DNA from: Actinomycetota bacterium
GTDB lineage: Bacteria > Actinomycetota > Actinomycetes > Nanopelagicales > Nanopelagicaceae
Length of the DNA stretch: 40,070 nt
Reading direction: 5' to 3'
NCBI GenBank assembly: GCA_041182705.1
Contig: JBEGNC010000118.1
Span: 1-40,070 of the forward strand
Part shown: positions 1 to 8,431 of the stretch, one piece after another
Numbering within the stretch: position 1 is the first letter of the stretch
Layout: the number at the start of each line of letters is the position of its first letter
The notes under the pieces: model-generated
Databases searched by the model: none
Told to the model about the DNA's origin: nothing
Seen by the model: only the letters and a program-made list of their open reading frames with translations
Translations under genes and position numbers: made by a program

Positions 1-111
1 CTCGACCACTAGTCGGCCACCGCCTTCAAGCGGTATTCGCATGACCAGGCTGCGCGCTTCCTTCGTAACCTCCATAGGACCATCGCCAGTGCGGGGTTTC
101 ATGGCTGCCAT
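1..111 (-). CDS. DUF3117-family small conserved actinobacterial protein (5' part only; the C-terminus lies beyond the window start)
   Basis: My manual reverse translation of 111..1 gives MAAMKPRTGDGPMEVTKEARSLVMRIPLEGGGRLVVE. This matches my memory of the highly conserved ~55-aa DUF3117 protein of Mycobacterium/Streptomyces (MAAMKPRTGDGP...PLEGGGRLVVE). An SD-like GAAAGAGG sits about 9 nt upstream on the minus strand. It is absent from the ORF track because it is cut by the window edge. Confidence 0.75.
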   Translation of the reverse strand, partial: MAAMKPRTGDGPMEVTKEARSLVMRIPLEGGGRLVVE

Positions 112-143
112 ATCGTCCGACCTCTTTCGCGGTTAGGGAGGAT

Positions 144-377
144 TCAAGAGGGCGAATTATCGCCCATTTCTTCACCCGAGGGGAAATTGAAGGCCGCCTG
201 TATGCGAGCCCGGCCGGCAATCAAGACCGAGACCACCGCGCGCTCTGGGACCCCAATCTTCCCCGCTATTTCAGAGATGCTGAGGTTCTTCCCGAAATAA
301 AGCGTCAAGATCACCCGCTCCTCCTCTGGGAGGGCAGCGATCATCTGAGCCAGCGTCAGGTGATCTCTCGCATTCAC
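144..377 (-). CDS. stand-alone sigma-70 region-4-like helix-turn-helix protein (77 aa)
   Basis: LPEEERVILTLYFGKNLSISEIAGKIGVPERAVVSVLIAGRARI fits the sigma70 region 4.2 / ECF r4 HTH pattern. There is no region 2, because only 27 nt separate it from the upstream gene. Confidence 0.6.
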   Translation of the reverse strand: MNARDHLTLAQMIAALPEEERVILTLYFGKNLSISEIAGKIGVPERAVVSVLIAGRARIQAAFNFPSGEEMGDNSPS

Positions 378-404
378 AGCGTAAGGGTACCGAGCAATTC
401 GTAC

Positions 405-833
405 TCAGCCGAGGGACTTAGCGAACTTTCGTAGTGACAATCGAACAGCAATGAGTATTCCAGGCTTAATGAGGGCAATCACGAGTTTGGGAGCTTCGAT
501 CTGTTCGTACCAATCAAATCTAGTCCTGCCATCGCCGATGTCTACCAAGGTAAATCTTCCAATCCCCTTTATCCATCTTCCATAATGAATCACTTCGCAA
601 AATCTCGGTGGCTCCCACTTCACGATTCGCATCCGATCCAAAATGCCAAATCTGCCGATTCCAGTGAATGCATCAATAGTCGTTCCAATACCAGAGTCCG
701 CACTTCCGCTATCAGATGCTTCTACTCTCGTAAGCAACATCCAATCACCCTGACTTCGCCAATCAACTAGCTGATTCCAGACATCTGGAACTGGGCTATC
801 GATAGTCAAGGAAACTTCGAATTCGTTGAACAT
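405..833 (-). CDS. SRPBCC (START/Bet v 1-like, polyketide cyclase/dehydrase fold) family protein
   Basis: It has the N-terminal pattern typical of SRPBCC proteins (FEVSLTIDSPVPDVWNQLVDWRSQGDW) and a size of 142 aa. Its ATG directly abuts the LOG stop (TAGATG). Confidence 0.7.
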   Translation of the reverse strand: MFNEFEVSLTIDSPVPDVWNQLVDWRSQGDWMLLTRVEASDSGSADSGIGTTIDAFTGIGRFGILDRMRIVKWEPPRFCEVIHYGRWIKGIGRFTLVDIGDGRTRFDWYEQIEAPKLVIALIKPGILIAVRLSLRKFAKSLG

Positions 834-1382
834 CTAATCCGCCGCCCTATGGGCCTCGATGTGATCGAGTGAGGAATTAATTGATTCGGACCAGAGAACT
901 AGTTCATGCTGTCCCGGTTTTAAGAAATTCTTAGTCGTTAGATCTGCTAGTGCTACGCGCAGACTTGCATAAACCCCAGTTGGATCCAAAACCGATATCG
1001 GTTTAGCGTGAAAGCCAAGATAGCGACCTACCCAGATCTCGAAAAGCTCCTCAAGCGTTCCAAGTCCGCCAGGGAGCGCGATAAAGCCTTCAGCAAGCGA
1101 TTCGATTTTTCCCTTTCGCTCTCGCATATCAGATACGACATGAAGTTCGCTGGCTTGATGATCGATGAATTCGACATTCATCAATCGCTCTGGGATGACA
1201 CCTATGGTGTATCCATTTCGGGAACGCGCACCGTTTGCGACCTCACCCATAACTGAGATTGCGCCGCCACCCCAGACCAATTCATGACCCCGATCGGCAA
1301 TCGCGGCGCCCAGTTCGAAACCTAACTTCCGCGCGTCGTCAGATACCGATGTCGAAGAGGCGCAATAGACCGCGATTTTCAT
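834..1382 (-). CDS. LOG family protein (nucleotide 5'-monophosphate nucleosidase / cytokinin riboside 5'-monophosphate phosphoribohydrolase type, TIGR00730-like)
   Basis: It carries the motifs GGGAISVMGEVA and PGGLGTLEELFE (PGGxGTxxE). The size is 182 aa. Confidence 0.85.
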   Translation of the reverse strand: MKIAVYCASSTSVSDDARKLGFELGAAIADRGHELVWGGGAISVMGEVANGARSRNGYTIGVIPERLMNVEFIDHQASELHVVSDMRERKGKIESLAEGFIALPGGLGTLEELFEIWVGRYLGFHAKPISVLDPTGVYASLRVALADLTTKNFLKPGQHELVLWSESINSSLDHIEAHRAAD

Positions 1383-1433
1383 CTGCGAACTCTATGGGCA
1401 CTTGCCAGTAATGCGTATTGGTAGCGTTCGCTC

Positions 1434-2351
1434 ATGACCTTCGCCTATGGTTTCGGAGTCGCCACTGTCGCTCGTGATGGCTCGATTCTCGATACCTATT
1501 TTCCCCAACTTGGTTTAGGTCGAATCGCTGATGCCTCCCCGCCGGATTTGAGCGCGTCCCTAGGCGAAGACTCGATTCGAGGGGTCACAAAGAGAGAAAT
1601 TAAGTTAGAGATTGAAATTGAGAAGGCGCCAAGCGATGTTTCGGATGTCTATCTTCGATTACATCTCCTATCGCATCGCTTTGTCCGTCCACATGGCATA
1701 TCCCTCGAAGGAATCTTCGGGATACTTCCGAATGTAGTTTGGACTTCGGCTGGACCATGTCAATTGAGTTCTTTTGCCCAGGTTCGTGATGCGCTGAAGA
1801 ATAAGTATGGCTCACTTGCAATATATGGAGTGGATAAATTTCCCCGGATGGTCGATTACGTCATCCCAGAAGGAGTTCGCATTGCAGATGGCGATCGAGT
1901 CCGGCTTGGTGCTCATCTGGCCTCGGGCACGACTGTCATGCATGAAGGATTTGTAAACTTCAATGCCGGAACGCTTGGCGCTTCGATGGTTGAAGGTCGA
2001 ATCTCGGCAGGGGTAGTAGTCGACGACGGTAGTGATATCGGTGGCGGCGCATCAATCATGGGAACGTTAAGCGGTGGTGGTAAAGAAGTTATCTCAATTG
2101 GTAAGAAGACACTCCTCGGCGCCAATTCAGGAATTGGAATCTCGCTCGGTGATGAATGCGTCGTTGAAGCCGGTGTCTACGTGACTGCTGGAGCGAAGAT
2201 TCGGTTGCCGGATGGCCAAGTCGTCAAGGCGCGGGAACTCTCTGGTGCCAATGGACTTCTCTTCCGAAGGAATTCGGAAGATGGCGCGCTCGAGGCGTTA
2301 CCAAGAAGTGGAAGTTGGGGCGGGTTGAATCAGGTGCTCCACCGTAACTAG
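1434..2351 (+). CDS. dapD: 2,3,4,5-tetrahydropyridine-2,6-dicarboxylate N-succinyltransferase, actinobacterial type
   Basis: It has a hexapeptide-repeat C-terminal half (GASMVEGRISAGVVVDDGSDIGGGASIMG...) and an N-terminus resembling mycobacterial DapD. The size is 305 aa. Confidence 0.8.
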   Translation: MTFAYGFGVATVARDGSILDTYFPQLGLGRIADASPPDLSASLGEDSIRGVTKREIKLEIEIEKAPSDVSDVYLRLHLLSHRFVRPHGISLEGIFGILPNVVWTSAGPCQLSSFAQVRDALKNKYGSLAIYGVDKFPRMVDYVIPEGVRIADGDRVRLGAHLASGTTVMHEGFVNFNAGTLGASMVEGRISAGVVVDDGSDIGGGASIMGTLSGGGKEVISIGKKTLLGANSGIGISLGDECVVEAGVYVTAGAKIRLPDGQVVKARELSGANGLLFRRNSEDGALEALPRSGSWGGLNQVLHRN

Positions 2352-2352
2352 C

Positions 2353-3663
2353 TCAAGGTTGGATGCAGATCTGGGGGCGTTTGAATCGCTGCGGATCGCA
2401 GGGGTCGAGCTTTACAGGTTCTGGAACTTCAACCGCCGGCATAAATAGCCAGGTCGAAGGTAACTTCACAAGCGTCTTGAAAGATTCTCCAGAAATTGTG
2501 CTCTTCCTTCCAGTCGAGGAATAGCCAGTTATCTTCGAGATGCTCCCAGTCGTTGTCCGTTCATCGATCGTGTAACTCATGACATCGGGAAGTGAGAATG
2601 CCTGGGCCATGGTTGCCTGCGGAATCTTCCTACTCCAATTAGCGAATCGAGGATTTAGCTTCACATCTAGACTCCAAGGATCGGGAACTCCCTGGAGATA
2701 ACTGAATTCGCTCCGCCATATCTCTTTGATGTTCTGAGTCTTTCCCGCACTTGAGGAGAAATAGAACGCATTTATAGGTTTACCAGAAAGCGTGACGGTG
2801 AGCGCTGTGGTTTCATCGACGAAGGTATTACTGACCGCCTGCTTCCACTTGACTCCGTATATCGGCTCTACCTCTTTCGAGTAACCGGCAAAAACTTGGT
2901 CACGGGTCGAGTTATAGATCTGACAATCACACTCTGCTCGTATCCGACTCAACTTACCGAGAGCATAGGTGCGCGCTGCAATAGCTTGTGCTTCGAGCGC
3001 TGCGGTTGGCCATGAGGAAGGCATCTCGCCAAGTCCCCAGAGATATTCATCATGCAATCGCATTGTGTTTGTGACAGCGATGTAATTTGTTATTGGCGTT
3101 ACAACGCGCTTTATATTTATCTGCCCGTAGGCATATTGATTCGGCGCCGGAGCGGACCTAAACGACATGACCGTGCCAGGTTGCCAACGCAGGGTCCAGG
3201 ATTTTCCTGGCGGTAGTGGTGCGAGTTTTGCTGTGGGAGAAGTCAGAGAGGCGACTATGCCATCTGGCGAGTTTTCAAAGGTGATGGTGAAAGTCCCGTC
3301 ATATGTTCCGAGCGGTTCAGCTGCTTCACCAAACTTCGGGTCGCCCGCGAAGAGCGAGAACTCACCTTTCTTATTGAGGACTGATAGCGTTGCAGCGCTC
3401 AATCGATTTCCAATATTGACTCGGATCATTGCGTCGTCCGGATAGGGAGTTACTTCCGTACCTGGGTAGTAATACTTGAGAATCTCGGTCGCTGATTTAC
3501 CTTCAAGAGCGAGGCCACGAGCGCCAATCTGGCTCATCCCGATGCCATGACCATAGCCCGATCCAGTGAAGGTGAACTCAGCCGGAATCTCTGGCTGTCC
3601 CGTAGCAGAAGGCGCTAGGAATGCTGCTAATGCGGCGACCAGGAGGAAGACGCCACGTCTCAT
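2353..3663 (-). CDS. SpoIID/LytB domain-containing secreted protein (putative peptidoglycan-remodelling enzyme)
   Basis: It has an N-terminal signal peptide (MRRGVFLLVAALAAFLAPSATG), a GHGIGMSQIGA motif and an FSSSAGKTQN motif typical of the SpoIID family. Confidence 0.75.
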   Translation of the reverse strand: MRRGVFLLVAALAAFLAPSATGQPEIPAEFTFTGSGYGHGIGMSQIGARGLALEGKSATEILKYYYPGTEVTPYPDDAMIRVNIGNRLSAATLSVLNKKGEFSLFAGDPKFGEAAEPLGTYDGTFTITFENSPDGIVASLTSPTAKLAPLPPGKSWTLRWQPGTVMSFRSAPAPNQYAYGQINIKRVVTPITNYIAVTNTMRLHDEYLWGLGEMPSSWPTAALEAQAIAARTYALGKLSRIRAECDCQIYNSTRDQVFAGYSKEVEPIYGVKWKQAVSNTFVDETTALTVTLSGKPINAFYFSSSAGKTQNIKEIWRSEFSYLQGVPDPWSLDVKLNPRFANWSRKIPQATMAQAFSLPDVMSYTIDERTTTGSISKITGYSSTGRKSTISGESFKTLVKLPSTWLFMPAVEVPEPVKLDPCDPQRFKRPQICIQP

Positions 3664-3687
3664 GATTCTTAGGGTACCTGAGGAGAG

Positions 3688-4698
3688 CTAGCGAGATTCG
3701 GTTATAAGTGAACGTGGTGAGGTTATGAAACCAAATCCCCAGGAAAAATGCATGATTATCAAAACAATTGGTAGCAAGAGTCGCTCATCCCACTTCTTGC
3801 CGATCCAGAGTGATGCCATTACTAATGAGCATAGATAGACGATGGTTGGCAGATAAAAGATGGTTGAGACGAAGGTGCCGAGAATTATTGAAAGTAGATT
3901 GACTATCAGATTTAAGGGAGGCGCGAGGTATCTGAGATTCGAAGATCCCTGATGATGTCGAATCACAACTCGACGCCATCTTCCGTATTCCAGATATTGC
4001 CTAGCCAATTTCCGAACGTTCTCACGTGGTCGATATGTAACCCAGAGATCCGGGTTGAACCAGATTAATCCGCCCCGTTCGCGGAGGCGATAATTCAATT
4101 CCCAATCCTGTGCCCGAGTAAATCTAGCGTCGTAACCACCAGTGTCTAGAAGTGCACGCTTTCGGAAAACGCCAAGATAGACCGTGTCGACTGGTCCAGC
4201 TGTGCCGCCAGTATGGAATCGAGCCGGACCGACTCCTATTACCGAGCGCATAGCACGCGCCACCGCTCGTTCAAATCTAGTCCTGCCTTCCGCAGCCATT
4301 ACGCCACCGACATTTACTGCGCCGGTTTCATTGAGCGTCACAATCGCTTTGCTTATGTAATCACGTGCAATCTCAGAGTGACCATCTACTCTGACGATAA
4401 TCTCATTACTGGTTCTTGCTATCGCTGCATTGAGGCCATCAGGTGTGCGACCACTTGGGTTCGCAACTACTTTGATTCGTCGATCGCTTCTCGCTAAATT
4501 ATTTGCGATCTCCTCAGTCGCATCCTTAGAAGGACCAACAGCAATAACGATCTCGATTTCGCCGGCGTAATCTGAGTTAAGAATGGCTGCAATCGCCTCG
4601 CTTAAATGCGCCGCTTCATTGACCACAGTCAGGATGACCGAAATTGGCGGCGTTGAGCGTGAGTGGGGCGATTCACTCGGGAATTTCTCAGCGAACAT
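3688..4698 (-). CDS. glycosyltransferase family 2 with C-terminal transmembrane helices
   Basis: It has a GT2 N-terminus (ISVILTVVNEAAHL...), an IIVRVDGH acidic motif and a hydrophobic C-terminal ~70 aa. It is divergent from an LCP gene. Confidence 0.75.
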   Translation of the reverse strand: MFAEKFPSESPHSRSTPPISVILTVVNEAAHLSEAIAAILNSDYAGEIEIVIAVGPSKDATEEIANNLARSDRRIKVVANPSGRTPDGLNAAIARTSNEIIVRVDGHSEIARDYISKAIVTLNETGAVNVGGVMAAEGRTRFERAVARAMRSVIGVGPARFHTGGTAGPVDTVYLGVFRKRALLDTGGYDARFTRAQDWELNYRLRERGGLIWFNPDLWVTYRPRENVRKLARQYLEYGRWRRVVIRHHQGSSNLRYLAPPLNLIVNLLSIILGTFVSTIFYLPTIVYLCSLVMASLWIGKKWDERLLLPIVLIIMHFSWGFGFITSPRSLITESR

Positions 4699-4734
4699 AA
4701 CCTGCCAACGGTATCGCCCAATTACGCTTCCACC

Positions 4735-5826
4735 ATGACATCACCGCGAGCGATTCGCTTCTTCACCATCCTCTCGCTCGCCATAGTCGGTATCTCCGCC
4801 ATTACCTGGCTCGGGCTTGGTCGAATCACTGCATCGATAGCGAAAGAGGATGTCTTTGGAGATCTCGAGAATCGACCGAAGCGCGAGTCCTCAGCGGTCA
4901 ATTATCTAGTCGTGGGATCTGATACTCGCGAAGGGCTATCGCGCGCAGAGATTCGTCGTCTCAAGGTTGGCGGCACCGAGGTAGCAGCTGGAAAACGTTC
5001 TGACACGATGCTCTTGATCCATATCTCTAAGAAGCGTGATAAAGCCGCAATCATCTCGATCCCGCGCGACTCGTTCGCGCGCATTCCGGAACATGAGTCG
5101 ATAAACACGGGGAAGATGATTTCGGCAACCTACTCGAAGATTAATTCAGCATATAACTGGGGTGGGGCGCCTCTTCTAATCCAAACTTTCGAGGAGATGT
5201 CCGGGCTACGAATCGATCATTACATTGAAGTCAATTTCGTCGGATTCGTGAGAATGGTCGACGCGCTTGGTGGCGTAGAGGTTTGTACCAAGAAGGACAT
5301 CAACGATGCCAAGAGCCATCTCTCGCTGCCAGCCGGACGACATACTCTCGATGGCGTGGACTCACTCAAGTATGTGCGAGCTCGAACCTTCGATGGCCTA
5401 GGAGATCTTGGTCGGATGAAGCGGCAACAGGAATTCGCTGGAGCTATGTTGCGAAAGGCGACTAGCGCCGGCGTCCTGCTTAATCCCGTCAAACTCTTGA
5501 GCTTCGTAAATTCGGCACTGGCAAGCGTCACTACCGATTCTGGATTATCACAAGGTGACCTACTTACCCTTGGCAAGCAGTTGCGAAATCTCTCTGCATC
5601 AAGCGTTCGAACTCTCACCATTCCATTGAAGTATTACAACTACAGTAAGAACGGCGTATCTGCATCAGTCCTTTGGGATCCTGTCCTAGCCCCAGAGCTC
5701 TTCGACCGGATAAAGAACGATGAGGCGCTAATAGATGAAGTCAGGCCCGAACCTTCGGCTTCACCATCGCTCGTAGATAAGTTCAGCACCAAGAGCGCAG
5801 CCGATAATCCCTGCGCCCAGGGATAG
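4735..5826 (+). CDS. LCP (LytR-CpsA-Psr) family cell-wall glycopolymer ligase
   Basis: It has a TM anchor (AIRFFTILSLAIVGISAITWLGL) and the LCP motifs LVVGSDTR, RSDTMLLIHI and ISIPRD. The ORF-track start (GTG 4663) would overlap the divergent GT2 gene by 36 nt, so I prefer ATG 4735. The start is uncertain. Confidence 0.8.
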   Translation: MTSPRAIRFFTILSLAIVGISAITWLGLGRITASIAKEDVFGDLENRPKRESSAVNYLVVGSDTREGLSRAEIRRLKVGGTEVAAGKRSDTMLLIHISKKRDKAAIISIPRDSFARIPEHESINTGKMISATYSKINSAYNWGGAPLLIQTFEEMSGLRIDHYIEVNFVGFVRMVDALGGVEVCTKKDINDAKSHLSLPAGRHTLDGVDSLKYVRARTFDGLGDLGRMKRQQEFAGAMLRKATSAGVLLNPVKLLSFVNSALASVTTDSGLSQGDLLTLGKQLRNLSASSVRTLTIPLKYYNYSKNGVSASVLWDPVLAPELFDRIKNDEALIDEVRPEPSASPSLVDKFSTKSAADNPCAQG

Positions 5827-5837
5827 GGTTACCCGGG

Positions 5838-7145
5838 ATGAAGCTCTCGGTTATCGGCGCCGGTTATCTTGGTGCGACCCATGCCGCCGCGATGTCCTCG
5901 CTCGGTTTTCAGGTGGTTGCAATCGATCGCGATGCTGCAAAAGTAGAGCAGTTAAGCCGGGGTGAACTACCGTTCTTCGAGCCAGGTCTCTCTGATCTAC
6001 TAAAAGCAGAACTAAAGTCTGGCCGATTGAAATTTACTGTTGATTTAACTGAGGTAGCTGATGCAGATGTCCACTTCATCTGCGTTGGCACTCCACAACA
6101 GAAATCTGGCCTCGCTGCAGATCTAAGTGACCTTCACGATGTGATTGATGCGCTTGTGCCTAACTGCAAAGCTGGTTCGCTCATAGTGGGTAAGTCAACC
6201 GTTCCAGTCGGTACTGCTCAATCATTACACTCCAGGATTACGAAGCAGAACCCCAATCTCAAACTAGCTTGGAATCCGGAGTTCCTGAGAGAAGGCTTTG
6301 CTATCCAAGACACATTGCACCCAAATCGAATCGTGGTTGGGACAGATAGTGATGAAGTCGAAGCGATATTGAAGAAGGTTTACGGCAAACTAATTGACGC
6401 CGGTATCCCCTGGATTCGCGCAGACTTTCCAACCGCTGAACTGGTTAAAGTGGCGGCAAACTCCTTCTTGGCTACGAAGATTTCATTCATAAATGCGATG
6501 GCGGAAATATGTGAAGTCTCGGGCGGTGATGTAACTGTACTTGCCAAAGCGATTGGTTATGACCCCCGGATTGGCGACAAATTCCTCCAAGCAGGTATCG
6601 GTTTTGGTGGCGGTTGTCTTCCCAAAGATATCCGGGCTTTTATGGCTCGCTCCGAAGAACTTGGAGCTCGTCAATCGCTCGAGTTCTTGCGTGAGATTGA
6701 TTCGATAAATCTGCGCGCTCGAAATCGGATGATCGATCTGGTCCGTGCCGATCTAGGTAGCGATTTAAAGAGTAGGCGAATCGCTATCTTGGGCGCAGCC
6801 TTCAAGCCAGATAGCGATGATGTTCGAGACTCCCCGGCGCTGGATATCGCGGTGCAGCTCCATGAAGCTGGTGCTGATCTAACAATCCATGATCCAAAGG
6901 CGATGGAAAGTGCAAAAGCTAGGTTTCCCGAATTGAATTTCGTTCCCACCGTAGAAGCGACTCTTACCGGCGCCGAACTAATCCTTCACCTGACTGAATG
7001 GCAGGAATATCGAGGCCTAGATCCAGCAAAGGTCGCTGGGTTGGTCGCCCGAAAGAGCCTGATTGATGGTCGAAGTGTCTTGACACTCTCCGATTGGCAA
7101 CGCGCTGGCTTCAAAGTTCGCGGTATCGGAAGAACTATTCAGTAA
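5838..7145 (+). CDS. ugd: UDP-glucose 6-dehydrogenase (nucleotide-sugar dehydrogenase family)
   Basis: It has a Rossmann motif VIGAGYLGATHAA and the catalytic Cys motif GFGGGCLPKD. The size is 435 aa. Confidence 0.85.
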   Translation: MKLSVIGAGYLGATHAAAMSSLGFQVVAIDRDAAKVEQLSRGELPFFEPGLSDLLKAELKSGRLKFTVDLTEVADADVHFICVGTPQQKSGLAADLSDLHDVIDALVPNCKAGSLIVGKSTVPVGTAQSLHSRITKQNPNLKLAWNPEFLREGFAIQDTLHPNRIVVGTDSDEVEAILKKVYGKLIDAGIPWIRADFPTAELVKVAANSFLATKISFINAMAEICEVSGGDVTVLAKAIGYDPRIGDKFLQAGIGFGGGCLPKDIRAFMARSEELGARQSLEFLREIDSINLRARNRMIDLVRADLGSDLKSRRIAILGAAFKPDSDDVRDSPALDIAVQLHEAGADLTIHDPKAMESAKARFPELNFVPTVEATLTGAELILHLTEWQEYRGLDPAKVAGLVARKSLIDGRSVLTLSDWQRAGFKVRGIGRTIQ

Positions 7146-7827
7146 TCACGCTCTCCATGTAATCAACAGCATGTTCTATCTGCTCTCGCAAGTTTCCACC
7201 GAAGACCGAGATGACGCCACGTTCTTGGGTCAACTGGCGAATCCGATAGTTCGGATTGTGTGCAAAGAGATGTAGGTAAGGCCTGGTCATATCAAGACCT
7301 TGGGGCGCTTCGTACTCCAACAAAGTCCAATCAGAGCGAATCAGTTCACTATTTCCAAGTGGCAGATCATGTGCGCCACGAACCGCATTCTCAAAGTGGG
7401 AGACGAATGTGAAGTCCAAGGTCCAGAGTGATTCGTAAGTGAGCCCCGGGATAGTCGCAATCACCCGCAATTTCTCATCCATCAACAATGTGATTGATCC
7501 AGATAGCTCGTTGAGCTTTACTCCAGCTATCGCTTGTTCTTGAAGTGAAGTTGCGAGTGGAAGTTCGCTGACCGGCTCGCTATAACGTCGGCCACGATAT
7601 CGATCGTGAACAGTCGGGCTGTAAGTGGCAAGTTGTCCGTGTGGCGATCTGGTAAGAAGTACCGAGTAATACCTCGAATTCGGTCGCTCAATAGGAGCAA
7701 AGGATTGGACTTTGATTGGCACGCGAAGATTGCGGGCAAATTCTTGCGATAGTTCGATTACCTCTGATTCTCCGTGAATCTGCCCCTTCATGAAGCGAAG
7801 ATACCCCAGATAGAATCGCGCCATCAT
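7135..7827 (-). CDS. degenerate, N-terminally truncated PurK-like (ATP-grasp C-terminal part) protein; possible pseudoenzyme or gene relic
   Basis: By eye it is collinear with the C-terminal two thirds of N5-CAIR synthase. PIERPNSRYYSVLLTRSPHGQLATYSP resembles the central ATP-grasp strand region. HLFAHNPNYRIRQLTQERGVISV resembles the PurK tail HLHWYDKEVRPGRKVGHLN. The PurK active-site stretch ELAPRVHNSGHW is replaced by ATIPGLTYESLW. The protein is 230 aa, versus about 355-400 aa for PurK. Confidence 0.45.
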   Translation of the reverse strand: MMARFYLGYLRFMKGQIHGESEVIELSQEFARNLRVPIKVQSFAPIERPNSRYYSVLLTRSPHGQLATYSPTVHDRYRGRRYSEPVSELPLATSLQEQAIAGVKLNELSGSITLLMDEKLRVIATIPGLTYESLWTLDFTFVSHFENAVRGAHDLPLGNSELIRSDWTLLEYEAPQGLDMTRPYLHLFAHNPNYRIRQLTQERGVISVFGGNLREQIEHAVDYMESVITE

Positions 7828-8431
7828 GCAGCCAAAAATCGTCCTTGCATCCGCATCGCCATCACGCCAGCGCCTTTTGCGCAGCGCCGGTATTGAACCT
7901 GAGATCGTAGTTAGTGGCGTTGATGAAGAGGATTCGGTCTACGCAAAACTTACGCCTCGTGAGTTAGTGATTGCGCTCGCTATTGTCAAAGCTCACACTG
8001 TGCGAACCATGGTCGATTACCCCGCGTTGGTCATAGGCTGTGACTCAACCTTCGAATTCGCTGGTGAATCACTCGGTAAGCCGATGACTGCTGAACGTGC
8101 CATCGAACGAGCCCGTCGACTCCGGGGAAATTCAGGAATCCTCTACACGGGCCATTGCGTGATTGATACCGAGCGCGGCGTTGAGGTCAGCGATGTGGTC
8201 GCTACGGAAGTCTTCTTTGGAGATCTTTCCGATGATGAGATTTCTTCTTATGTCGCAACCGGTGAGCCGCTGAATGTCGCAGGTGGCTTCACACTTGATG
8301 GCTTGAGTGCACCATTCATCTCACGAATTGAGGGTGAGACCTCAAATGTGATTGGGCTGTCACTTCCATGGCTCCGGAACGCTTTCAAATCCCTCGGCTA
8401 CAACTGGTTTGATTTTGTGAGTACCCGATGA
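7826..8431 (+). CDS. maf: Maf family nucleoside triphosphate pyrophosphatase
   Basis: It has the N-terminal motif IVLASASPSRQRLLRSAGI and a size of 201 aa. Confidence 0.9.
   Translation: MQPKIVLASASPSRQRLLRSAGIEPEIVVSGVDEEDSVYAKLTPRELVIALAIVKAHTVRTMVDYPALVIGCDSTFEFAGESLGKPMTAERAIERARRLRGNSGILYTGHCVIDTERGVEVSDVVATEVFFGDLSDDEISSYVATGEPLNVAGGFTLDGLSAPFISRIEGETSNVIGLSLPWLRNAFKSLGYNWFDFVSTR

Noticed and set aside
26-220. A 64-aa minus-strand ORF from the ORF track.
   Set aside because: It overlaps, in another frame, both the highly conserved DUF3117 reading frame (1-111) and the 3' end of the sigma-region-4 gene. The DUF3117 frame has a much better RBS and a recognisable sequence.
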